Shown: positions 28,402-37,012 of the stretch, piece by piece
Numbering within the stretch: position 1 is the first letter of the stretch
Layout: each line of letters begins with the position of its first letter
Assembly: GCA_964342845.1 (NCBI GenBank)
Contig: CAYFGV010000002.1
Span: 1 to 53,064 of the forward strand
Direction of reading: 5' to 3'
Origin: Candidatus Woesearchaeota archaeon
Lineage (GTDB): Archaea > Nanobdellota > Nanobdellia > SCGC-AAA011-G17 > CAYFGV01
DNA: 53,064 bases
The notes under the pieces: generated by a model
Seen by the model: only the letters and a program-made list of their open reading frames with translations
Database searches by the model: none
What the model was told of the DNA's origin: nothing
Program-made: the position numbers and the translations under genes

Positions 28402-28701
28402 TTATATTTCCAAACTATCTTCCATCATTTTCTTTAAATGATTTGACTCAGAATAAATCCACTGAACTCCTTTGGGCCCGTAGATTATCTTTCCACTTCT
28501 CCAAAGATACACTAAAATAACTTTAAGTGTTTGGTGCATTACTTTCTTAGGTAATTTCTCCTTTAGTTCAGAAATCTTCATCGGAAGATCCCTATTCTTC
28601 TTTAACACATCTTCTACCATCAACACAGTATTTAGATTGGGATATCTATTTACTTTATTCTTCTTCTTTTCAATAAGTTCAGTTTGAGTTAATTTTAACA
28701 T
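28402..28701 (-). CDS. putative wHTH antitoxin/regulator paired with RelE-like toxin
   Basis: PNLNTVLMVE...LPKKVMHQTL..IL.YL..SGKI; immediately upstream of toxin. Confidence 0.6.
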   Translation of the reverse strand: MLKLTQTELIEKKKNKVNRYPNLNTVLMVEDVLKKNRDLPMKISELKEKLPKKVMHQTLKVILVYLWRSGKIIYGPKGVQWIYSESNHLKKMMEDSLEI

Positions 28702-28743
28702 TTTATTGATATAAATAAGGTATCAATTGATATATAAAGCTTT

Positions 28744-29595
28744 CTATTTCAAATGTAACTCAACAACATCCCCTTCTTTTAAAACATGATTCAAGCCAAC
28801 ACTCATCCCGTCATGCTTAGCAGAAGAGCCCCAAATCCTAGCATATTTAAATTTTTGAATAAAATCCTTATGAACATGTCCAGCCAAATCTCTAACACTC
28901 TCTCCTTTCTTCAAAGAAACAGGAGGATCATCTTTTTTCTTTCCAGGACTCTTAGTATAAACATAAATCAAATCCAATCTCTTCCATATTTTCTCTTTCA
29001 AATCAGAAAAATCTAAATCTTTATTTTTAACAACTAAGCCTTTAAAATTAACACCTCCTTTCTCTAACTCAGAAACAATGAAATTCTTAGAACTATCTCT
29101 ATCAACAACTATAACTAAATCAGCAGTTCTAATAATCCCTAAATATAAAGGACCTTTACCTTTATCAACAAAATCTTCAACAATCGCAGGAATTTCAACA
29201 ACTTGAATCTTAATTCCTTTATAATCCATAGTTCCAACTTCTGGTAATTTTGTACTAAACTCATAATCAGCAATCAAAGGCTTAGCATTTGTCAGTTTAC
29301 TCAAAACATAACTTTTCCCAGAATTAGTCTTTCCAATCAAAATAACCTGGGCAGCTCCTTCTTTTTTAACACCTATCTGGAAACCCTTTCCTTTTCTTTG
29401 TTGTTTTTCTTTAGCTAATAAAGCCTTAAGCTTAGAAATTTTTTGTTTTATTTCAACCCTAAGATTCTCAGTTCCTTTGTGTTTTGGCACTGTAGACAGC
29501 ATCTCTTGTAAAGCTTCTAATTTAGCAGGAATAGTTTCAGCTTCAAAAAACTTCTTTTCAGCATTCTCATATTCATGTGTAACATTCGTTGGCAT
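28744..29595 (-). CDS. DRG/OBG-family GTPase with TGS domain
   Basis: MPTN, PKHKGTE, GKTNSGKS P-loop, VYTKSPG, HVLKEGDVVE. Confidence 0.93.
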   Translation of the reverse strand: MPTNVTHEYENAEKKFFEAETIPAKLEALQEMLSTVPKHKGTENLRVEIKQKISKLKALLAKEKQQRKGKGFQIGVKKEGAAQVILIGKTNSGKSYVLSKLTNAKPLIADYEFSTKLPEVGTMDYKGIKIQVVEIPAIVEDFVDKGKGPLYLGIIRTADLVIVVDRDSSKNFIVSELEKGGVNFKGLVVKNKDLDFSDLKEKIWKRLDLIYVYTKSPGKKKDDPPVSLKKGESVRDLAGHVHKDFIQKFKYARIWGSSAKHDGMSVGLNHVLKEGDVVELHLK

Positions 29596-29627
29596 ATTAA
29601 TATAAAAACTAATTTATTTATATTTGT

Positions 29628-30524
29628 TTAGTTTTCCATATATTTCTCTTTTATATACTTAATAAAAGGCCTTTCATTATATTCTATCTGATATTTATCT
29701 AACACATCATAATAATCTTCTATTTCTTCTACCTTAATATCAATTAAAGGATATCCTCTTTTCCATAATATCCAATTCATAAGCAACCTAGATAATCTAC
29801 TATTTCCATCCACAAATGGTTGTATTGAAATAAGTTTTAAATGAATAAGTGCAGCTAATTCTAAAGTATGTAATTTCCTACATTCTGAACTATACCATTT
29901 AAAAAAATTATCAAGCTCTTTATCAATCTCATTCCATTTGGGAGGCACATAACTAGTTCCACCAATCTTAACATTCCTTTTTAGCTCACTTCTGAGTTTT
30001 CCAGCAATTTCATCATCCACTCCTAAAAATAATATTTTATGGAGCCTCTTTATAAAACCCAAATCTAATTTTCCTTTATACTCTGTTATAGCTACAACAC
30101 CTTTTTCGTGATTTTCTAATTCTTTAATAGTTTTAAGATTTTTAAAATTCTTTGGAATAATCCCCTCCTTTAATATAAGATATGTTTGTCTTAAAGTAAC
30201 ATCTACTCCAGACAACTTACTACTATCATAAGTATATCTTATCATAAAATTCTCAAAATTCTTCTTTTTCTCTAATTGACTTAATTTTTTAATCTCTTGT
30301 TCATATTTCTTTCTTTTTCTTTCAATATCTTCAACATCTTTTGCAGAGAAATACCTAAATCTTTCTCCTCTAATTTCCTTGAGAAAATCTTTCTTTAATT
30401 CTTCTAATACTCTTTTTGACGGTAAATTCTTACCTACATACTTTGTTTTTTGAACCACTTTGTTACCCTTCCTAGTAGAGTGTCCCAATACATAATAATC
30501 CTTAATTTTTCTTACAAATACCAT
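29628..30524 (-). CDS. Fic-domain protein with variant motif
   Basis: IQPFVDGNSRLSR versus canonical HPFxDGNGRxxR. Confidence 0.9.
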   Translation of the reverse strand: MVFVRKIKDYYVLGHSTRKGNKVVQKTKYVGKNLPSKRVLEELKKDFLKEIRGERFRYFSAKDVEDIERKRKKYEQEIKKLSQLEKKKNFENFMIRYTYDSSKLSGVDVTLRQTYLILKEGIIPKNFKNLKTIKELENHEKGVVAITEYKGKLDLGFIKRLHKILFLGVDDEIAGKLRSELKRNVKIGGTSYVPPKWNEIDKELDNFFKWYSSECRKLHTLELAALIHLKLISIQPFVDGNSRLSRLLMNWILWKRGYPLIDIKVEEIEDYYDVLDKYQIEYNERPFIKYIKEKYMEN

Positions 30525-30532
30525 CTAAGTTA

Positions 30533-30573
30533 TATACACTACACTTATTTAAAGCTTTCGTTTATACACTACA
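30533..30573 (-). promoter_or_regulatory. fic promoter: 11-bp direct repeats TGTAGTGTATA flanking BRE/TATA
   Basis: tatacactaca at 30533-30543 and 30563-30573 around CGAAAGCTTTAAATA. Confidence 0.6.
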
Positions 30574-30634
30574 AATATTTTTAATTATACAGACTCCTAA
30601 AAAAAGAAATAGAACTATTTAAAGTTTTTTTATT

Positions 30635-31120
30635 TTAATGCGCTTCAAGTAACTCCTCTATTTTTATCTTTTCTCCTCTTCTAATATCTAAGTAAACATT
30701 TCGATGATCATCTCTCTTATATCTAAAGCCGTTTAGCCCTGAATGATCTCCGACCCAGTTATAAATGTCTTTTGCAAGAGCATTATACGTTTCTTTAGAA
30801 ATATCCCTAAATGAACACCTAAAATTTATAGTCTTTAATAAAGGCTCTCCTAATCCTGAAATCATTTCATCTGTAAGAGACCCATCATGTATAATTTGAA
30901 CATTATCGCGACTTGTACCCAACTCACTAACTGTTCTCGCAAGGCTATCCATACAACCATAAATATACGTTCCTAATTTTTTCCTCATCTCATCAATTCT
31001 GGGATTTATTCTGTCTTTGAGTAATCCTATTTCAATCATTTCTTTTTTTGCAACATCTTCAAGAATAGAATATATAAACTCGTCACTTGGAACAAACCCA
31101 TTAGAGCCATTTTCTCCCAT
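30635..31120 (-). CDS. hypothetical protein
   Basis: Start moved to MGENG (31120) with TATA about 20 nt upstream. Confidence 0.6.
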   Translation of the reverse strand: MGENGSNGFVPSDEFIYSILEDVAKKEMIEIGLLKDRINPRIDEMRKKLGTYIYGCMDSLARTVSELGTSRDNVQIIHDGSLTDEMISGLGEPLLKTINFRCSFRDISKETYNALAKDIYNWVGDHSGLNGFRYKRDDHRNVYLDIRRGEKIKIEELLEAH

Positions 31121-31166
31121 ATTTTTAAATACCAATCTAACTTTATAAACCTTATTAATTAAAAAT

Positions 31167-31910
31167 CTACTTCTTACTAATCTTCTCAAAAGCTTTCAAA
31201 ACTTCAACAGGAGTAACTAACACAATAGTTGTATTCTTATCACTGCTTATATCATTTATAGTTTGTAAAGTCCTTAAATGCAAAGCACCATTAGCTTTAG
31301 ATAATCGTACAGCAGCCTTACTTAAATTCTCAGAAGCAATCACTTCTCCTTGAGCTTTAATAATTACAGCCCTTTTTTCTCTTTCAGCCTCAGCTTCCTT
31401 ACCAATAACCCTTTTCATCTCACCAGGTAACTCAATATGTTTTAAATCAACACTAACCACCTTTATTCCCCAAGGATCAGTTGCTTTATCTACAACAACT
31501 TGAATTTTTTTAGAAATTTTTTCTCTTTCACCTAATAATTCATCCAAAGTTACCTCTCCAACAGTATCTCTCATTGTTGTTTGAGCTAACTGAGAAACAG
31601 CATAATTAAAATGTTCAACTTCTAAAATAGCATGCTTAGCCTCTGAAATCTTATAATACAAAACAGCATTAACATTTACAGAAACATTATCTTTTGTAAT
31701 AGCATCTTGCTGAGGAACATCTACTGCTTTTACTCTTATATCAACTCTTGTCCAAGCTTGCACAATAGGAAGAACCATTTTTAAACCAGGCTCCATCATC
31801 CCAGAAAACTTTCCTAAAGTAAATTTAACTCCTCTTTCGTATTCTTTAACAATCTTTAAACTAGCTAAAACAAATAAAATAACTATAATTAAAAATGTTG
31901 TCCAAATCAT
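31167..31910 (-). CDS. SPFH/stomatin (slipin) family protein
   Basis: KEYERGV.F.LG, ITKDNV, AQTTMR, EAEREKRA, LRTLQT. Confidence 0.95.
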   Translation of the reverse strand: MIWTTFLIIVILFVLASLKIVKEYERGVKFTLGKFSGMMEPGLKMVLPIVQAWTRVDIRVKAVDVPQQDAITKDNVSVNVNAVLYYKISEAKHAILEVEHFNYAVSQLAQTTMRDTVGEVTLDELLGEREKISKKIQVVVDKATDPWGIKVVSVDLKHIELPGEMKRVIGKEAEAEREKRAVIIKAQGEVIASENLSKAAVRLSKANGALHLRTLQTINDISSDKNTTIVLVTPVEVLKAFEKISKK

Positions 31911-31970
31911 ATTTTTATTAAAAGTTATAGCTTCTTAATAAATGTTTTGGATTGAAAATTAGATTATTTG

Positions 31971-31998
31971 AGGGGAACTAACAGGAATTACATACAAT
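31971..31998 (-). repeat. dif-like site A: ATTGTATGTAA TTCCTG TTAGTTCCCCT
   Basis: 11-6-11 layout with TAA-N6-TTA core; near-identical to site B. Confidence 0.6.
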
Positions 31999-32105
31999 TT
32001 TTTGGGCAAAATACCTGAGGGCAAGAATTAGTTTTACCACTAATAAGTTACTATAAAACGAAAGCTTTATATACTAGTTACTCTTATCTTAATTAGTGAT
32101 ATAAA

Positions 32106-32573
32106 ATGAAACTTAAAAGAATAATCATGGGGGGACTTGTATTAGCTGGTCTCTCTACTTCACTTGGTTGTGATGGAAAGGAACAAAAACCCTTAGATGC
32201 AATTGCAGGTGTACCTGAATTACCAGCATCAAGTGTTGGGGATACAATTACAGGTGTACCTAAGTTACCAGCATCATTTATCACAAAAAACAACTATTCT
32301 ACTGAAGGCTATGTAAGTTTTGTATTAGATTTACCTGATGGAAAAGAAGTACTTTGCAGCTATAATGGACTTTATCAGACTAATAAAGTTGCCGATATTG
32401 ATGCTGTGGTAAAAGATGCCCATTTAGATAAACAGGCAATTGGTGTTTATGGAAAATTGGTTGGAAATAGAATGAGTTTTCTTGAGGTTAACCACCCGGA
32501 TTTTGACAGAATAAAATTAATGCATAATTCTAAAGGTGCTAAACATCCAGAGTATCAGAAATCTTCTTTTTAA
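32106..32573 (+). CDS. putative lipoprotein with short internal duplication
   Basis: SLGC lipobox-like; IAGVPELPAS / ITGVPKLPAS repeat. Confidence 0.65.
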   Translation: MKLKRIIMGGLVLAGLSTSLGCDGKEQKPLDAIAGVPELPASSVGDTITGVPKLPASFITKNNYSTEGYVSFVLDLPDGKEVLCSYNGLYQTNKVADIDAVVKDAHLDKQAIGVYGKLVGNRMSFLEVNHPDFDRIKLMHNSKGAKHPEYQKSSF

Positions 32574-33136
32574 TTAATGATACTGGGGCTGTTCTTGATG
32601 TAATTTTGCCTAAAAAACTCTAAAGTTTTATAACTCGACACTAATGTACGAATCTTTCTAAACATCTCTTCTCTATTCTCTGGTGTTAAATCAAAAATAG
32701 TAACATCTTTCCTTTCTCTAATTTCATCAATTAATGGATGAGAATATACTCTTGAAAAAGTCCCCAAAAAATGATTTGGTGCATCAAGATAAAGCCTTAC
32801 TAAATCTTGAAACTTATCTGCATATAATTCCATTTGACCAATTTCATCAATATACAACAATTCATCATCAAAATTAAAAAATGGAGGAAGAATTTTATTA
32901 AATCCAGAAACATCAACAAAATAACGAGAAACCTTAATTGACGAATCCATATGAGTACTTGATAGCAATCTTCTTTCTCCTGTTGATGTCACTATTTCAA
33001 ACCCTGTTCTTTGACCATCCTCTCTTATTTCTTTTGTAACAAATCCCTTTTTACGAACGCTTAAGCTATCTAAAACTCTTTCAAGTAACGTGCTTTTTCC
33101 ACTTTTTGGAACGCCTGTTATTAATACATTAGACAT
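32570..33136 (-). CDS. nucleoside-triphosphatase (NTPase_1/THEP1 family)
   Basis: ITGVPKSGKST, GFVTKEIR..G.R.GF, IDEIGQMEL. Confidence 0.92.
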   Translation of the reverse strand: MSNVLITGVPKSGKSTLLERVLDSLSVRKKGFVTKEIREDGQRTGFEIVTSTGERRLLSSTHMDSSIKVSRYFVDVSGFNKILPPFFNFDDELLYIDEIGQMELYADKFQDLVRLYLDAPNHFLGTFSRVYSHPLIDEIRERKDVTIFDLTPENREEMFRKIRTLVSSYKTLEFFRQNYIKNSPSIIN

Positions 33137-33253
33137 AAATAACTCAAAATTCAAGCGTTTTAAAAAACTTTCCTTTTTCTTAGAAATTACTTCTTAGCTG
33201 CACTTTCTTCAGTATGCAAAAAATATATAAAGTTGCAAAGATAGAACATTCAT

Positions 33254-34000
33254 ATGGTAATAGATAATGATTTTTCTGGATCTTCTGAATATTATGGCTC
33301 GTTAGGATTTAATAAAAAATCACATGATAAAAAAATCAATTTTTACAAAAAGATACTAACCAAATATAAAGTAAAATCGGTTCTTGATTTGGGATGTGGA
33401 AATGGGTTATATTTATTCCCATTAAAAAAGGCTAAATTTGATATTGAAGGTTTAGATATAAGTAAAAAAATGTTAAGTGAAGCAAGAAAAAAGAGTAAAT
33501 CAACAAAACTTTATTTACAAGATATGTCCAAATTCAAAATTAATAAAAAGTATGATTCTATAATCTGTTTAAATTCTTCATTAGTATTATTACCAAATTT
33601 CAAGCTAATTGAAAAAACAATAAAAAAATGTAGTGAGCATCTAAAAAACAAAGGAATTTTACTCTTAGATCTTCCAAATCATAAGAAAGAGATTGAGGAA
33701 GCTAATTTTGAACAAACTATTGGGACATCTAAAGTCTCTGGAGGAAGAATTGATACAATCTACAGAGATTACAAAAAAGGGAATAAATGGGTAACAGATT
33801 GGTTTGGATTTGTAAAAAAAGGAAAGAAATTTTATCAGTTTAGGGAACATTATGAAGAATTAATTTATTCACCAAAAAAACTTGAACAATCATTAAAGAA
33901 GAATAAGTTTAAAATAATTAAAATCTATGGAACCAGGCAAGGCGGAAATTTTGATTCTAATACTTCCTTTAGACGATTCTATATCTGTCAAAAAATATAG
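33254..34000 (+). CDS. class I SAM-dependent methyltransferase
   Basis: VLDLGCGNG, GLDIS..ML, QDM. Confidence 0.92.
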   Translation: MVIDNDFSGSSEYYGSLGFNKKSHDKKINFYKKILTKYKVKSVLDLGCGNGLYLFPLKKAKFDIEGLDISKKMLSEARKKSKSTKLYLQDMSKFKINKKYDSIICLNSSLVLLPNFKLIEKTIKKCSEHLKNKGILLLDLPNHKKEIEEANFEQTIGTSKVSGGRIDTIYRDYKKGNKWVTDWFGFVKKGKKFYQFREHYEELIYSPKKLEQSLKKNKFKIIKIYGTRQGGNFDSNTSFRRFYICQKI

Positions 34001-34044
34001 TTATCAGAAATTCAACGGTCTCTTCGGTCGGTCGCCTATCAGCT

Positions 34045-34072
34045 CAGGAAACTAACAGGAATTATACACAAT
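34045..34072 (-). repeat. dif-like site B: ATTGTGTATAA TTCCTG TTAGTTTCCTG
   Basis: Same orientation and same spacer as site A. Confidence 0.6.
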
Positions 34073-34087
34073 AGGAAAAAAGCCAAA

Positions 34088-34363
34088 CTAATATTTTCTT
34101 GAATCCGCTATACGCCTGAATTTTTCAGATGCCATAAAAGGATCGTCAATTTCACGATTAGCCAAAGTGTCCAATATAGTTCTTGTTGCAGCATTTGCAC
34201 AATCTTTATATAATTGAATGGTTCTTTGAAACATATCCTTATATACTTCCCCACATAATTCGTCATACAAGGGCATCAATTCTTCTGCACTCCCAATATC
34301 TGTTTCGCATGCGACAACAATTTTTTCTAGAATTTCATATAATTGAATCAATTTTTTGTTCAT
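34088..34363 (-). CDS. hypothetical helical protein
   Basis: 91-aa ORF between inverted dif-like sites B and C; own TATA. Confidence 0.6.
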   Translation of the reverse strand: MNKKLIQLYEILEKIVVACETDIGSAEELMPLYDELCGEVYKDMFQRTIQLYKDCANAATRTILDTLANREIDDPFMASEKFRRIADSRKY

Positions 34364-34429
34364 TATTTTATAGAAAGATTAACTGACTTTTAAATCTTTT
34401 GGGCTTTTCCTACTTCCTTCATTCCATTC

Positions 34430-34457
34430 AGTATGTATAACACCAATTAGTTTTAAA
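34430..34457 (+). repeat. dif-like site C: AGTATGTATAA CACCAA TTAGTTTTAAA
   Basis: 11-6-11 layout, inverted relative to A and B. Confidence 0.55.
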
Positions 34458-34513
34458 GAGGAATGCTTGCAGTTCCTTCGCAACAGATAGTCTTTTTCTT
34501 CGAAAAAGAAAAT

Positions 34514-35068
34514 TTATAGGAGTTCTTCAATCTCCTGAGCAAATTGTAGATAACTTCTTAATTTGCTTGCCTGATCAGGAAATTCTCTTTGTACTACCTC
34601 AACTAATGGACCTGGCAATAAAATTCCTTTAAGTTTTTGTGTTGGAACAACTAAGTATCTTTCTATTTCATAATTTTGTATTGTTTTGGGTGTAGCTACA
34701 AATAAACCCCATCCCCTATCCCAATAGCCTCCAACTTGTATGCTTTCAGTAGATGCCAAATTTCCATAATTTTCTATACCTACATTGTGTTTGAGTTTCC
34801 TATTCAAAAGAATTTGGCATAAAGTAGATGAATCTTCAGTTCCATGGGCGATTAAATTGTCACAGGGTACACTTTGCGAATTGTATCTGCAAGCCACTTC
34901 CGTCAAATATCTTCTTTCATCAGCAGTATCTTGAAATTCTATTTTATGCCAGAGAGGTCTCCTTAAACGTCCATATACTATTTTATCTTTAGGTACTGCT
35001 CCCAAAATTCTTTTACTGATTTCTTCAGCTTCTGTACTAATTGTATGTACTCTTCCCTGATGTGTCAT
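34514..35068 (-). CDS. hypothetical protein
   Basis: 184-aa ORF with extended promoter at 35091-35116. Confidence 0.6.
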   Translation of the reverse strand: MTHQGRVHTISTEAEEISKRILGAVPKDKIVYGRLRRPLWHKIEFQDTADERRYLTEVACRYNSQSVPCDNLIAHGTEDSSTLCQILLNRKLKHNVGIENYGNLASTESIQVGGYWDRGWGLFVATPKTIQNYEIERYLVVPTQKLKGILLPGPLVEVVQREFPDQASKLRSYLQFAQEIEELL

Positions 35069-35143
35069 AAAGTTGAATAACTTGAGAATATTTATAAACC
35101 TTCCTATTCTACCACTACTAACAAATTACTAATAAAAAACTAA

Positions 35144-35259
35144 TGGGCCCACCCGGATTTGAACCGGGGATTCTCACCTTTCTCAGCCCTTTTCCGCAAA
35201 CGCTTTTTTTAAAAGGGTTTCTTGTAAGGGTGATGTCATAACCACTAGACCATGGGCCC
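35144..35259 (-). tRNA. tRNA-Val (TAC) with 43-nt intron at canonical 37/38 (intron 35180-35222)
   Basis: GGGCCCA/TGGGCCC acceptor, TCACC-CT-TAC-A...A-GGTGA; bulge-helix-bulge CTTA/TGAG with CAA and AAA bulges. Confidence 0.95.
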
Positions 35260-35310
35260 CAACTAAAAAATAAACTAAATCAAGCATTTATATAATTTAT
35301 GATTTAAAAT

Positions 35311-35856
35311 TTATTCTAAATAACCTTTAAGTTTAGAATTAAGTTCATCATAAAGCTTAGAGTCATTTCCCTTAACAATACCAGCATATTCTTGGCACTT
35401 CTCTAAACATTCTTCTTTATAACTCTCCGCCCTAGAACCAGTAATCTTATCAACCACTTTACTTAAATTATAATAAGCCAAACATAAATTTGCATAAACA
35501 ACATCCTGAGCACTACAATCTTTACCATCCCACTTAACTCTATACCTATCATTTAAACCCAAAGCAAATAAACTATCACTTGTGTTTTCTATTCTTTCTA
35601 AACTCTCTAATCTGTCAAAATAATTAAATGGCTTTTCAGAATCATCTATCAACTTTTTGTTATAATCTTCAAATAATTTCATTAAACCACTGTAATGATC
35701 TTGTATCTTACTTTGTCCTTCAGTAAGAGAAGAACTACAAGGTGCTTCCTTTAAAAACCCTTCAAGACTTTTTCTATTTGAATCATCTTTAACACATCCA
35801 GCCACAGCTAAAGCTCCTCCAGCAACCAATAAAGCCAATAATTTTGATTTTTCCAT
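35311..35856 (-). CDS. putative lipoprotein
   Basis: LAVAGC lipobox; GGAGG RBS before ATG 35856. Confidence 0.7.
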   Translation of the reverse strand: MEKSKLLALLVAGGALAVAGCVKDDSNRKSLEGFLKEAPCSSSLTEGQSKIQDHYSGLMKLFEDYNKKLIDDSEKPFNYFDRLESLERIENTSDSLFALGLNDRYRVKWDGKDCSAQDVVYANLCLAYYNLSKVVDKITGSRAESYKEECLEKCQEYAGIVKGNDSKLYDELNSKLKGYLE

Positions 35857-35890
35857 ATTTTTTAGCAAATAACCTCCTTTTTAAATCTAA

Positions 35891-36895
35891 CTAATTTCCA
35901 AATTCCTCTTCATAAAGATTTAACTCAATATCCCCATATTCAAAACCATAGCCTCCATCAACCCCAACACCCTCTTCGCTTACTTCAACCCCAACACCAT
36001 TTACTATCTCTTGCCCAAACACAGGTTCAAAAGAAATCTCAGTATCAGTAATAATAAATTCCACCTCTCCGTTTTCAGTCCAAGTAGTCTCCTCAACTGC
36101 CTCATTAAAAATATTTAGCCCAAAGTCTGAACCACCAATAGATAAGATAATACCTATTTCCTCTTCATTCTTAAATCCAGGCATCACAGGAACTAAGGTT
36201 GCACTACCCAACCCCTTAACTGAAATCTCTATCCTCCCTACTTTAAAATCATAACCTGCTTTTGGAGAAATATCAATATTCTCCACAACAAAATTGATCA
36301 CGTCAGACATCGAAATAGTTCTACTTCCTCCACTATGCATAACACTGGGCTCAAAACCAGCCATCCTAAACTCTTCTAAAGTTTTTTCAGGCAAATCCAA
36401 ATTAAAACCAGACAAAGGAACACCTTGACCATTCTTAAAACTCTCTTCAATAATTTCCACAGGAACTTCCCCAGTAGGATCCACATACTTCATAGGATTA
36501 TCTCTAACATAAACATAAGAACTAAATAAAACATTATAAACAGGATCTACAGATATAAACCTACCTAATGAAGCATCATAATATCTAGCTCCATAATAAT
36601 ATAAACCAGAAGAATCTTTCTCTTTACCTGTATAACTATATTTTTCTTCTCCTTCAGAATTAAAAGACTCCCCAAAAGGATAATAATCAGAAGAATATTC
36701 TACACCGCCAGAAGAATTACTAACAATAGCATTACTACCTAAATGATCTTTATGATAAAAATAAGTCTCACTTCCTTGTGTCTTAGCAATCAACCCATTA
36801 GGCCCATAAGAATAAAAAACATATTCAGAACCATCAACTATAGCACTAGCTACCAAAAAAATAGCCAGAATTAAGATTATCTTGTTAATAATCAC
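35891..36895 (-). CDS. short secreted RHS repeat-associated core protein
   Basis: YHKDHLGS, DYYPFG, YTGKEKD.SGLYYYGARYYD..LGRFISVDP, NPMKYVDPTG. Confidence 0.92.
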   Translation of the reverse strand: MIINKIILILAIFLVASAIVDGSEYVFYSYGPNGLIAKTQGSETYFYHKDHLGSNAIVSNSSGGVEYSSDYYPFGESFNSEGEEKYSYTGKEKDSSGLYYYGARYYDASLGRFISVDPVYNVLFSSYVYVRDNPMKYVDPTGEVPVEIIEESFKNGQGVPLSGFNLDLPEKTLEEFRMAGFEPSVMHSGGSRTISMSDVINFVVENIDISPKAGYDFKVGRIEISVKGLGSATLVPVMPGFKNEEEIGIILSIGGSDFGLNIFNEAVEETTWTENGEVEFIITDTEISFEPVFGQEIVNGVGVEVSEEGVGVDGGYGFEYGDIELNLYEEEFGN

Positions 36896-37012
36896 TTATT
36901 ATTGGGTACATTCCAATCTTTAAATACTTTTATTCCATCTTTTTTAAAAAAAGTTCCATAATTATCTTTAGAAATCAAATAAATTCCATTTAAAGAAAAA
37001 AAACACAAAAAA

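Noticed and set aside
33205..33240. AGTATGCAAAA AATATA TAAAGTTGCAA as a further dif-like site
   Set aside because: Lacks the TAA-N6-TTA core and coincides with the TATA box of the methyltransferase gene
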